A stretch of 63,991 nucleotides of DNA, filler included. It is 8 parts of 8 records of this genome, joined end to end, with 100 filler letters (N's around TTAATTAATTAA, not from the genome) between each part and the next. Parts side by side here need not be neighbours in the genome. Positions count along the whole stretch, not along the records: positions 37,373 to 44,113 come from SRR31156797_10756; positions 44,214 to 50,983 come from SRR31156797_10767; 6 more parts are not named here. The stretch is one strand, 5' to 3'. Made by a program: the position numbers and the translations under genes. Shown one piece after another: positions 38,430-48,039 of the stretch. The notes beneath the pieces were generated by a model. The model was not told the DNA's origin and searched no databases. It saw only the letters and a program-made list of their open reading frames with translations. The stretch's first letter is position 1. Each line of letters begins with the position of its first letter.

Positions 38430-39083
38430 ATGCAAGAATCAGGTGTAATATTCGATTTTAACGGAACACTTTTTTGGGATACCGAAATTCAAAACGATTC
38501 ATGGGATCATTTTCTTGAAAATTATGGTTTTAGCTTGAACGAAGAAGAAAAAAACAAATACATACATGGTATAAATGCGAAAGATACATTTGAATATCTT
38601 TTTAAAAGAACCGTGGATGAAGATGAGGTGTTCCGTTTAACAGAAGAAAAAGAAGTGGTTTACCGTAAAATGTGTATCGATAAGGGGATGGAATTTGCCC
38701 CAGGAGCAAAATCACTAATAGAATTTTTATTGGAGAAAAATATAAAGATTGCCATTGCAACGGCTGCGGGTAAAGAGAATGTCGATTTTTTTATAGAACA
38801 TTTTGAATTGCTGCGGTATTTTCAAAAAGAACATATTATTTACAACGACGGTACAATGCGTGGTAAACCTCATCCCGATTTATTTAGTAAAGCCATAAAT
38901 CTTTTAGAGGTTAAACCTGAAAATGCAACTATTTTTGAAGACTCAAGAGCCGGAATTGAGGCTGCAAAAAGATCGGGTGCTGGAAATGTAGTAATTGTTA
39001 ATTCGGCAAACGGGAACTATAATGGATTTTCTTTTCAGCAGATAAAACATTTTGATGAATTTGAACGAAAACAGTTTTTGTAA
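38430..39083 (+). CDS. HAD family phosphatase (beta-PGM/CbbY-like)
   Basis: FDFNGTL, GKPHPD and FEDS motifs. Confidence 0.88.
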   Translation: MQESGVIFDFNGTLFWDTEIQNDSWDHFLENYGFSLNEEEKNKYIHGINAKDTFEYLFKRTVDEDEVFRLTEEKEVVYRKMCIDKGMEFAPGAKSLIEFLLEKNIKIAIATAAGKENVDFFIEHFELLRYFQKEHIIYNDGTMRGKPHPDLFSKAINLLEVKPENATIFEDSRAGIEAAKRSGAGNVVIVNSANGNYNGFSFQQIKHFDEFERKQFL

Positions 39084-39184
39084 TAATAAATGTGAGAATA
39101 AAAGAATTTTTATCTTTTCGCTGTTCGAATTTCTCTTGCCGTGCATAATAAATTCTCTATTTTTAGGTCTTAATTAAAAATGAA

Positions 39185-40291
39185 ATGAAGAAAATAATAT
39201 TATTGATCCTGGCCGTTGCTATTATGGTGCCGGTTTTCGGGCAGAGAAAAAAAGATGAGGAAGTTGTTATTCCTACTTTTGTGGAAGGAATTACATATTC
39301 GTTACCCTTAACCGGAATTAGAATTTATGTAAAAGCCGTTAAGGAAGAATTTGAACCAGGACCGTATGCTTCTTATGCCGAGCAACTGCTTGGTATTACC
39401 GATGCCAATACCAGAGCATCGGTAAAATGGGATATAAAAGATGTTCAGATAAAAACATTTGCAGAACCCGATCCGGCTCAAGTCTATAAAGCAATGGGTG
39501 ATGCGGCGTATCTTTTAAATTTAACACCCGATGGTTGTCTTGCCGGTGTAAATACAAATTCGATTACTGAAGGGAAAAATAAAGTTGTTACACATCAGTT
39601 TCTCGAAACACCTGTTTTTGATGATAAGTTTTCTTTTTCGAATTTTAATGATTCTCCAATGTATATTTCGGGAGATTCTACAAATAATTTCAGACCAATA
39701 CGGGTTAGTGTCGATCAAAGGGCAACCGAAGCAGCAGCACGAATTCTGGAAAGCAGAATGAACCAATATGATATTGCGGCAGGAATGCTCGACGAATTTC
39801 ACCCTGACGGAGAAGCATATAAAGCAAGTTTAAAAGAATTGAAAAAAACAGAAGCTAATTATTTGACACTTTTTACCGGAAGAACAAAATATGCTGAAGA
39901 GACATTCAGTTTCGATTTCATACCAACTGCTGTTTCAGAAAGAGGGGATATTGTTTTTCGTTTCTCCGATGAAAAGGGTGTCGTTCCCGCATCCGATCTT
40001 TCCGGAAAACCGGTAATGGTAATATTTGAGCCGGTTAAAAATCTGGCAAATAAATACACTACGCTGGCCCAGTCAGACAATCCTTCAGCCGGAAACAGCG
40101 GTGTTTATTATCGTATGCCCGGGGTGGCAACAATAAATATTAATTTTGAACTAAATACAATTGCTTCAGCGCGTGCAACTATTGCACAGTTTGGCAAGGT
40201 TGCTCCGGTTCCCGAAGAATTATTGCTGGGTGACCATTCCTTGGAATTTCATCAGGAGACAGGCGCTATTAAATCTGTTTCAAAAAAATAA
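39185..40291 (+). CDS. Exported protein, DUF4831-like
   Basis: Signal peptide; YSLP, GPYASYAEQLLG, YYRMPG and IAQFG motifs recalled for this Bacteroidota family. Confidence 0.7.
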   Translation: MKKIILLILAVAIMVPVFGQRKKDEEVVIPTFVEGITYSLPLTGIRIYVKAVKEEFEPGPYASYAEQLLGITDANTRASVKWDIKDVQIKTFAEPDPAQVYKAMGDAAYLLNLTPDGCLAGVNTNSITEGKNKVVTHQFLETPVFDDKFSFSNFNDSPMYISGDSTNNFRPIRVSVDQRATEAAARILESRMNQYDIAAGMLDEFHPDGEAYKASLKELKKTEANYLTLFTGRTKYAEETFSFDFIPTAVSERGDIVFRFSDEKGVVPASDLSGKPVMVIFEPVKNLANKYTTLAQSDNPSAGNSGVYYRMPGVATININFELNTIASARATIAQFGKVAPVPEELLLGDHSLEFHQETGAIKSVSKK

Positions 40292-40401
40292 ACATCTGCA
40301 TTTCAAAAAAATCCGAAAAGCGAAAATAATTGTATTGAAATAGAAAAGGGAAATCTGGTAAAAGCACCGGATTTCCCTTTTTATTTTTTGTAGTAATGGA
40401 C

Positions 40402-41931
40402 TTATTTTATACCGTGCATCATCCTTTTTAACCAGGGAGAAAGAATGATAAGAATTATAGCGATAACAGCCGATTGTATTGCGATAAGCCAGAAAACCTG
40501 AATTTCTGTTCCTAATGCACTTTCCAGTTTTAATGAAATGGCTTTCATTTGAGAAGCAACAAAGTTCCCTGCTGCAAAAGAACCCATCCAAACACCCATC
40601 ATGGTTGATACAAGTTTGGTGGGCGATAGTTTTGTAACCATAGAAAGCCCAATAGGAGAGAGACATAATTCCCCAAAAGTATGTAGCATATAAACAAACG
40701 CTAACCACAATGGACTTATCAGTTTTATTTGTTCACCCGAAGTAGATCTTGAGTATGCAATTGCCATAATAACAAATCCAAGCGCCAGCAGCGTCATTCC
40801 CCAGGCGAACTTCATTGGCGTATTTGGGTTTAGTCCTTTTTTATCAAGTTTCACCCATAAAATACTAAATAGTGGAGCAAAAGCTACAATGTAGAATGCA
40901 TTAATACTTTGGAACCACGACGCGGGAATTTCCCAATTTCCAATTAGTCGTTGGGTATTGTCACGGGCAAATACATTGAATGTTGTACCTGCTTGTTCAA
41001 ATCCACTCCAAAAGAAAATGTTAAAAACAGCAAGTACTAAAATAACTCCAACTCTCGACCATTCTGTTTTCCCTGAAGTTCCCTTGAAAATACTTGTTGC
41101 CAGATATAATGTTCCACCAATTGCAAGTACATAAATGATGGTAGTACTAACGCCGGAAGGCATTGCTCCCCAACCTAATATAATACCAAAAATAAGTGCA
41201 ACAATACCTAATACATAGGCTACTATCGTGAACCAGTCTTCTATTGCCAGCCGAACTCTTTTTAATTTAACACGTGGAGGCATTCCAATAGAGCCAAGAG
41301 TATGACTACGCAAAAGAAACCAGGTTGTTCCAATCAACATTCCAATACCGGCTGCCAGGAAACCATATTGCCATGCAACTTGTTCTCCCAGTTTACCTGC
41401 AACTAATGGTGAAAAGAATGCACCAAGGTTTATTCCCATGTAGAAAATAGTAAATCCACCGTCTTTTCTTGGATCATTATTATCATACAATGCCCCAACC
41501 ATGGTTGAAATATTTGGTTTGAAAAACCCATTTCCGGAAATTAGGATTCCCAGTCCGGCAAAAAATAGCGTTTGACGGAGCTCCATGTCTGCTCCGGTAC
41601 TATGAAGCCAGGCACTCGCCGACAATAAAAACTGACCAGCTGCCATGGTTAAGCCACCAATATAAATTGATTTTCTTTGCCCAAAGAATTTGTCGGCTAA
41701 CATTCCCCCAATAATAGGAGTTACATATACTAACCCGGTGAATATACCGTAGATGGTAAATGCATCCAATTCTGCCATTTCAAATCCGCCTGATGCAAAA
41801 GTTGCGGTTAAAAAGAGCACTAATAGCGCCCTCATTCCATAGTAACTAAATCGTTCCCACATTTCGCTGGCAAACAAAGTTGATAGTCCTATCGGATGTC
41901 CAAAAAAGGCCTTGTTATTGTCATTACTCAT
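40402..41931 (-). CDS. POT family proton-dependent oligopeptide transporter
   Basis: EMWERFSYYGMR, GFFKPN, FYMGINLG and ELCLSPIGLS motifs. Confidence 0.95.
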   Translation of the reverse strand: MSNDNNKAFFGHPIGLSTLFASEMWERFSYYGMRALLVLFLTATFASGGFEMAELDAFTIYGIFTGLVYVTPIIGGMLADKFFGQRKSIYIGGLTMAAGQFLLSASAWLHSTGADMELRQTLFFAGLGILISGNGFFKPNISTMVGALYDNNDPRKDGGFTIFYMGINLGAFFSPLVAGKLGEQVAWQYGFLAAGIGMLIGTTWFLLRSHTLGSIGMPPRVKLKRVRLAIEDWFTIVAYVLGIVALIFGIILGWGAMPSGVSTTIIYVLAIGGTLYLATSIFKGTSGKTEWSRVGVILVLAVFNIFFWSGFEQAGTTFNVFARDNTQRLIGNWEIPASWFQSINAFYIVAFAPLFSILWVKLDKKGLNPNTPMKFAWGMTLLALGFVIMAIAYSRSTSGEQIKLISPLWLAFVYMLHTFGELCLSPIGLSMVTKLSPTKLVSTMMGVWMGSFAAGNFVASQMKAISLKLESALGTEIQVFWLIAIQSAVIAIILIILSPWLKRMMHGIK

Positions 41932-42169
41932 AATTACAAATTTTGATTCTAAGCCAACAAAAATATTAATAATATTGTAAGAAATACTTGAAAGATGTCA
42001 GCAAATCAACTCTTTTCCAGTAATTTTATGTTTTAGTGAAATATTGACAGGTAAAAAATTAGGTCATATTCATTTATTTTTAAACACTGGGAATAAAACC
42101 ATGTTATTAATATGAATTCTATTTTTAAAATAATATCGAATAAATTAGGCATTAAATTTTGTACGTAAT

Positions 42170-43633
42170 ATGAATAAAGAAATTTATAATATTCAACCCA
42201 AAGAAGTTTGGAGCATTTTTGATGAAATGTTGAATATTCCGCGCCCTTCAAATCATGAAGATAAAATTCAGGATTGGGCTGTAGACTTTGGAAAGAAGCT
42301 GGATTTGGAAACCAGTAAAGATGAAATTGGGAATGTTATTATTCGTAAGCCAGCAACTCCGGGCATGGACAACCGAAAAGGAGTAGTTTTACAGGGGCAT
42401 CTCGATATGGTTCCTCAAAAAAACAGCGATAAAGAACACGATTTTGAAAAAGACCCGATTGAAGCTTTTGTTGATGGCGATTGGGTTACCGCAAATGGAA
42501 CTACATTGGGAGCCGATAACGGAATTGGAGTATCTTCTGCTTTGGCTGTATTGGCTTCAAAAACTATTAAACATGGACCGGTAGAAGTACTTTTAACAGC
42601 AACAGAAGAGACTGGAATGGATGGTGCAATCGGATTAAAAGAGGGGCTTTTAAATAGCGACATTCTTATAAATACCGACACCGAAGATGAAGGTACTTTT
42701 AGTATTGGTTGTGCAGGCGGGATTGATGTTATTGCAACTTTTAAAAATAAAAAGAAAAAAATAGAATCGAAGAAAATTACTGCTTTTAACCTGAAAGTTA
42801 CCGGTTTAAAAGGCGGGCATTCGGGTATTGATATCAATTTAGGCAGAGGAAATGCAAATAAAGTTTTCTTTCGTATTTTGAAAGAAGCAAATAATAAATT
42901 TGGTGTCCGTTTAGCCGATATTCAGGGAGGAAGTTTACGTAATGCAATTCCACGGGAAGCTTTTGGAATTGTTGTTTTAAAACCTAAAAAAGCAGATGAT
43001 TTTATTGCATTTGTTAACGAATTTGCTGAAACTGTAAAAGTTGAGTTAGAGAACGTTGAACCCGGTTTAACAATAGTTTTGGAGCCGGCGGAAATGCCAA
43101 AAAGAGTGTTTTCAAAATCGTTGCAGAAAAAATTGACGAATGCGGTTTGGGCTGCTCCAAACGATGTGGTCAGAATGAGTGACACGATGCCTGGAACCGT
43201 TGAAACTTCATCGAATTTGGCCATAGTAAAATCGAATAATAAAACAATTGAAGTGAATTGTTTGGTGCGTAGCTTTTCTGAAACAGCAAAAATGGCTTTG
43301 GCATCCCGGCTGGAATCGAATTTTTCATTGGCAGGTGCATCAGTCGTTTTGGAAGGAAGTTATCCGGGCTGGAAACCAAATGTCCAATCAGAAATATTGG
43401 AGGTTATGGAAAATCTTTATGAAAAACAGTTTAAACAAAAACCTGAACTGTTGGCAATGCATGCCGGATTGGAATGTGGAATTTTGGGAGCAACCTACAC
43501 AAATTGGGATATGATTTCAATTGGGCCTACTATTAAATTCCCTCATTCTCCCGATGAAAAAGTAAGCATTTCAACCGTTCAAAAATATTGGGATTTTCTT
43601 GTAAATGTACTCGAAAATATTCCTGAAAAATAA
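42170..43633 (+). CDS. pepD: Aminoacyl-histidine dipeptidase (M20)
   Basis: IPRPS, QGHLDMV, GADNGIG, EETGM, GGHSG, HAGLECG and HSPDE motifs. Confidence 0.93.
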   Translation: MNKEIYNIQPKEVWSIFDEMLNIPRPSNHEDKIQDWAVDFGKKLDLETSKDEIGNVIIRKPATPGMDNRKGVVLQGHLDMVPQKNSDKEHDFEKDPIEAFVDGDWVTANGTTLGADNGIGVSSALAVLASKTIKHGPVEVLLTATEETGMDGAIGLKEGLLNSDILINTDTEDEGTFSIGCAGGIDVIATFKNKKKKIESKKITAFNLKVTGLKGGHSGIDINLGRGNANKVFFRILKEANNKFGVRLADIQGGSLRNAIPREAFGIVVLKPKKADDFIAFVNEFAETVKVELENVEPGLTIVLEPAEMPKRVFSKSLQKKLTNAVWAAPNDVVRMSDTMPGTVETSSNLAIVKSNNKTIEVNCLVRSFSETAKMALASRLESNFSLAGASVVLEGSYPGWKPNVQSEILEVMENLYEKQFKQKPELLAMHAGLECGILGATYTNWDMISIGPTIKFPHSPDEKVSISTVQKYWDFLVNVLENIPEK

Positions 43634-43699
43634 CGGGTGATACGATTTTCGAATCGCATTTAGTAAACAATAAATCGGAATCCACTATAAGCGAGAAGA

Positions 43700-43735
43700 A
43701 TGCCATCGGTCAATTGACCGATGGCATCCTTTTTT
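43700..43735. terminator. Bidirectional terminator
   Basis: Perfect 28-bp palindrome ATGCCATCGGTCAA/TTGACCGATGGCAT followed by a T-run, between convergent genes. Confidence 0.75.
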
Positions 43736-43746
43736 GATATGTTGAT

Positions 43747-44112
43747 TTATTTCGTCAACACCATCGTTTTTGTAATTTGATAATTCTCAACTGTTAACTT
43801 ATAGTAATATATTCCAGGCATAATATTTCTTGAATCATACACTATCTTGTGTTTTCCTGCGGGTAAATTTGTGTCTATGATTACCTCAATTGGTTGGCCC
43901 AAGATATTAAACAGAGATAATTTAACTTCTGTATTTCGGGCAAGTTCAAATGGAATAGTTGTTTTATCCTTAAATGGGTTTGGATAATTTTGCCCAAGTT
44001 GGATAATTGCTGATTTGTCAATTTCAATATCAGTTGAAGTTAGAATTGATTTATCGTCATATAAACTGTCAGTAACGCAATACGGAGCCTGAAATTCAGC
44101 AGTTTGATAACA
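43747..44112 (-). CDS. C-terminal fragment of a T9SS type A sorting domain protein
   Basis: Not in the ORF track. Manual translation ...LGQNYPNPFKDKTTIPF...GIYYYKL...TKTMVLTK*. Confidence 0.88.
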   Translation of the reverse strand, partial: CYQTAEFQAPYCVTDSLYDDKSILTSTDIEIDKSAIIQLGQNYPNPFKDKTTIPFELARNTEVKLSLFNILGQPIEVIIDTNLPAGKHKIVYDSRNIMPGIYYYKLTVENYQITKTMVLTK

Positions 44113-44113
44113 A

Positions 44114-44213
44114 NNNNNNNNNNNNNNNNNNNNNNNNNNNNNNNNNNNNNNNNNNNNTTAATTAATTAANNNNNNNNNNNNNNNNNNNNNNNNNNNNNNN
44201 NNNNNNNNNNNNN
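44114..44213. other. Artificial contig linker
   Basis: N/TTAATTAATTAA/N spacer. Confidence 0.98.
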
Positions 44214-44284
44214 ACCACCCCGGTGCATGCACCGGGGTGGTGTGAAGTTTATAGTAGCAGTATACTGCCGGAGCATGCTCCGGC
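44214..44284. repeat. Cluster of three perfect palindromes at the contig edge (IS200/IS605-end or REP-like)
   Basis: ACCACCCCGGTGCA|TGCACCGGGGTGGT (28 bp), GCAGTA|TACTGC and GCCGGAGCA|TGCTCCGGC. Confidence 0.6.
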
Positions 44285-44494
44285 TTGCTCCCCAAAACTA
44301 ATTTGTTAACGAAATTTCCTGAGTTCGATTTAAGAAACTACCCCAAATCCAAAACTCGACTATTCTATTTGAGCCAAGGAAAAAACCCATGTCTACAAAA
44401 ACAAAGGCTGGAAAGTACCTATCCAAACAACAAAATCTTCATCCACCATGAACGGCATTTTGTATATTTGTCCTTTCATACCTACATATCAAAA

Positions 44495-45184
44495 ATGAAG
44501 ATCAGCATAAACGTACTTCCGACCACATTTTTTCTGATGTTTATATGCCTTCCGTTTTTTGCAATTGCCCAATACACCGTTGGATTGAAAGGCGGCGTAA
44601 ACTTCTGCAATTATGGCGGCCGCTACATCACCAGCAACTACGAATCGAAGATCAGGGTGAATATTGGCGCAGTGGCACAATTTCAGACCAACACCTGGTT
44701 TTCCGTACAGGCAGAATTAACTTATGATCCAAAGGGAGCCAACTACAACCGGATCAAATCCAGTGAATCGTTTTACACCGAGGAATACAACGACTTTGAG
44801 GAAAACCTGCAATACCTCAGCCTTCCTGTTTTAGCAAAATTCGACATTGGTGAAAAGAACCGGGTTTATGGGTATGCAGGGCTATACCTGAGTTACCTGA
44901 TGTCGGCAAGCATAAAGGGTGAATATGTGATTTACAATAATTTTGATCCCGACCAGCGGGAAGTAACCAATATTGACCGGGATTATAAACCGGAAATCGA
45001 CAATTTTGATTTTGGTGCGGTGATGGGATTGGGCATGGATTTCACTTTGTCAGCAAAATACATCCTGTTTATTGATGGCCGGTTCAACTGGGGCTGGGCA
45101 AACGTGGCAGCACAGGGACAGGGTAAAATATTTAATGATACCTGGTCAGTGAATCTTGGATTGTTGTATCGATTACCGGCGTAA
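44495..45184 (+). CDS. Outer-membrane beta-barrel (porin/PorT-like) protein
   Basis: Start moved to ATG 44495 after the TATATTTG -7 element (44463-44470); signal peptide; GLKGGVN and YLSLPVLAK motifs. Confidence 0.82.
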   Translation: MKISINVLPTTFFLMFICLPFFAIAQYTVGLKGGVNFCNYGGRYITSNYESKIRVNIGAVAQFQTNTWFSVQAELTYDPKGANYNRIKSSESFYTEEYNDFEENLQYLSLPVLAKFDIGEKNRVYGYAGLYLSYLMSASIKGEYVIYNNFDPDQREVTNIDRDYKPEIDNFDFGAVMGLGMDFTLSAKYILFIDGRFNWGWANVAAQGQGKIFNDTWSVNLGLLYRLPA

Positions 45185-45421
45185 TTCTGGGGTGCGTCTT
45201 AGATAGTAAGAAGCATTGCTAATGCCCGAACAAAAATAGAGTTTAAGGTTAATTTTGATGTTTCATCGACAAATTTCGGTATCGCACGATCTAAAGTCAG
45301 GAGCTTGTCCTGGAATCGTCCGAAGGTCATTCCAGCGTCAAAACAGGGATATCATAGCTTACAACCCGCCAATAGCGAGGTAAGCTCATTACTCACTATT
45401 TAAACCTCACAAACCAAAAAA

Positions 45422-47815
45422 ATGAATAAAAAAAACATACTATCACTCTCCGTTTTTCTACTCTTCTTTTTGTGTGTAAGTTCACAAAACAAAACCGTAT
45501 CCTACCTCTACGATCCACATTATAAACTGCCAGACCGGGAAATTGAGATCTTCCACATGAATGCCAATCTGAACATCCAGCCATTTGACACGCTGGTTGA
45601 GGGAGAGGTGGAATTTCGTTTTAAAACACTGCGCGAAAGCATCGATTCGATTGTTTTTGAAGTGCCGGAATTAAAGATCACAGAAATCAGGATTAACAAT
45701 TTGCCAACCACATATAAAACAATAAATAACAAAGTAATCATTGATGCCCCGGATAGTTTGGGCTGGCAAACCGAACACAAAATATTATTTGTTTATTCAG
45801 CCAAACCCACTGAGGGGTTGTATTTCGTGGGTTGGAACGACCCTGCGCAGATCAAACGCAAACAAATCTGGGCACACCGTCCCAGTCACTGGTTGCCATA
45901 TGCGCATGCCATTCAAACTGTGCAAATGTCGGTGACTGTTCCCGGAGACCTGAAGGTGTTTTCCAATGGCGTTCGTGAGGATGTGGTGACCAACAAAGAC
46001 GACACCAAAACCTGGATTTACCGCATGAACCACCCTCACCCGTTTTTCTCCACATGCCTGGTAATTGGCGATTATGAATTCAAGTCGCTGGAAACTGAAA
46101 GGGGATTACCCGTAGAACTTTGGTATTACCCAGACTGGGAAGATCATTTTGAGCCCACCTACAGATACCAGTTGGAGATGTTCGATTTTTTTGAATCGGA
46201 ATTTGGATTTGATTACCCCTGGGAATTGTATCGCCAGGCACCGGTGATCGATTATATGTATGGCGCCATGGAAACCACCACTGCAACCACCTTTGGTGAT
46301 TTCCTTATGGTAGATGAGCGGGCATGGTTTGGGCGGAATTATGTAAATGTAAACGCCCATGAACTGGCCCACCAGTGGTTTGGGAATTATATATCGCACC
46401 TTAAACACAAGGATGTGTGGCTCACCGAAAGCTTTGCCACCTATTGGGCCAAGATGTTTGAAAAACATGTGTTCGGGGAGGATTATTACCAGCAGGTCCG
46501 CAACAAGGAATTGCTGGATGCCTTTGCCGGTAGCCACAAAAACAATTACAGTGTGGGCCACAGCCGTGGAGGCAGAGAGCGGATTTACCAAAAAGGATCG
46601 CTGGTAATGGACATGCTTCGGGATGTTTTGGGTGACCGGGAATTTAAAGCTGTGATGCAGTTTTACCTGGAATCGCATCCCTACGAAACTGCCGAAACAA
46701 ATTATTTTTTACAGGCCATCCGTAAAGTCACGGGCCGGTCCATGGAATGGTTTTTTGAGCAGTGGATCTACAGAGGCGGAGAACCTGAATATGAGGTTGC
46801 CTATGAGCAATTGCCGGGTGAAGTAAGGGTAAAGGTAGAGCAGGTTCACGAAACCAATGAGATCACCGGGCTATTCGATATGCCCATCACTTTTGAGGTT
46901 TACTTCATGGATGGATCAACAAAAACCACCACCCGGCGTATCGCGGCACAGACCGAAATCGTGTCGATTCCAAATCCGGAAAATAAACCTGTTGATTTTC
47001 TGCTTTTCGATCCCGACCGGAAAATCATTAAGCAGGTAAGGTTTGAAAGAAGTTTTGAGGAGCTGATCGCACAAGCACAAAATGCCGAAAACATGGTCGA
47101 CAGGTACGACGCTTTGCTTGCTTTGCGCGAATTTCCCTCATCAGAGAAATGGCAAATGCTCATCGATATGTATGCCCGGGAGACATTCCACCTTACCAAA
47201 GCCGAAATTATTGTTCAACTCTCTGAAGAGTGGTTGCAGCCGGAAGTAGAGCAACTGATCCTTTCTGCAACGAAAGATCCGGATGACAGGGTGAGGCTGG
47301 CAGTGCTGAAAGCTTTTCCGTTTATCCCGATGAACTGGCAAAATGAATTTGAGAAACTTCTGGACGACAAATCCTATTTCAATGTGGAACTGGCTTTGGA
47401 AAACCTGTGTAATTCCTTCCCCGACAAATATGACACTTACCTCGACAGAACTGCAGATGAAATGGGTTGGAGAGGCAGGAATATAAGGATGAAATGGCTC
47501 GAAATTGCCATTAGCCGGGGCGGTGAGGCTTTTGTTCCGGAACTGAAAAATTACACATCGAGCAGCTACGAATTTGAAACACGCATCAATGCCATGCTAA
47601 CCCTGAAAAAGCTCAACATCTGCAACGAACAAACAGCCGCCAATATGCTGGAAGGACTTTTCCACTGGAATCGTAAGATCAGGAGTGCAGCCCGGGAAGC
47701 CATCAGCTACTTTTATCAGCAAAACCAACACCAACATGCCATACTCATGGCCATTGCCCTGGGTAATTTTTCAGACAGACAACTTCAGGACATGGAAAGA
47801 TGGTTTGCCAACTAA
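45422..47815 (+). CDS. M1 family aminopeptidase with C-terminal HEAT-like repeats
   Basis: GAMET, HELAHQWFG..E zinc motif and YQKG; signal peptide. Confidence 0.93.
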   Translation: MNKKNILSLSVFLLFFLCVSSQNKTVSYLYDPHYKLPDREIEIFHMNANLNIQPFDTLVEGEVEFRFKTLRESIDSIVFEVPELKITEIRINNLPTTYKTINNKVIIDAPDSLGWQTEHKILFVYSAKPTEGLYFVGWNDPAQIKRKQIWAHRPSHWLPYAHAIQTVQMSVTVPGDLKVFSNGVREDVVTNKDDTKTWIYRMNHPHPFFSTCLVIGDYEFKSLETERGLPVELWYYPDWEDHFEPTYRYQLEMFDFFESEFGFDYPWELYRQAPVIDYMYGAMETTTATTFGDFLMVDERAWFGRNYVNVNAHELAHQWFGNYISHLKHKDVWLTESFATYWAKMFEKHVFGEDYYQQVRNKELLDAFAGSHKNNYSVGHSRGGRERIYQKGSLVMDMLRDVLGDREFKAVMQFYLESHPYETAETNYFLQAIRKVTGRSMEWFFEQWIYRGGEPEYEVAYEQLPGEVRVKVEQVHETNEITGLFDMPITFEVYFMDGSTKTTTRRIAAQTEIVSIPNPENKPVDFLLFDPDRKIIKQVRFERSFEELIAQAQNAENMVDRYDALLALREFPSSEKWQMLIDMYARETFHLTKAEIIVQLSEEWLQPEVEQLILSATKDPDDRVRLAVLKAFPFIPMNWQNEFEKLLDDKSYFNVELALENLCNSFPDKYDTYLDRTADEMGWRGRNIRMKWLEIAISRGGEAFVPELKNYTSSSYEFETRINAMLTLKKLNICNEQTAANMLEGLFHWNRKIRSAAREAISYFYQQNQHQHAILMAIALGNFSDRQLQDMERWFAN

Positions 47816-47863
47816 TTTTTACCACAAATAATGGATTGCAATAACGAAAAATTTATAGCGGGT

Positions 47864-47900
47864 GATTCTACAGACGCCCAATTTGGGCGTCTCTGCAATC
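47864..47900. repeat. Degenerate GTAG-type REP-like palindrome
   Basis: AGACGCCCAA-T-TTGGGCGTCT core with near GTAG/CTAC flanks, in an intergenic position. Confidence 0.55.
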
Positions 47901-48039
47901 AGAATGATAACAATCGCAATTAAAGTATTGAGGAATGGTTATATCATATTCGAAGTAAATGAGCAAAAACCAACCAAACACAATATTCGTTTCGTCAGAA
48001 CTTTATATACTTGCAAAACATTTAAAACTAACTAATATC

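Noticed and set aside
44285-44494. 70-aa N-terminal extension of the beta-barrel protein
   Set aside because: A TAnnTTTG promoter element and the signal peptide indicate the start is ATG 44495.
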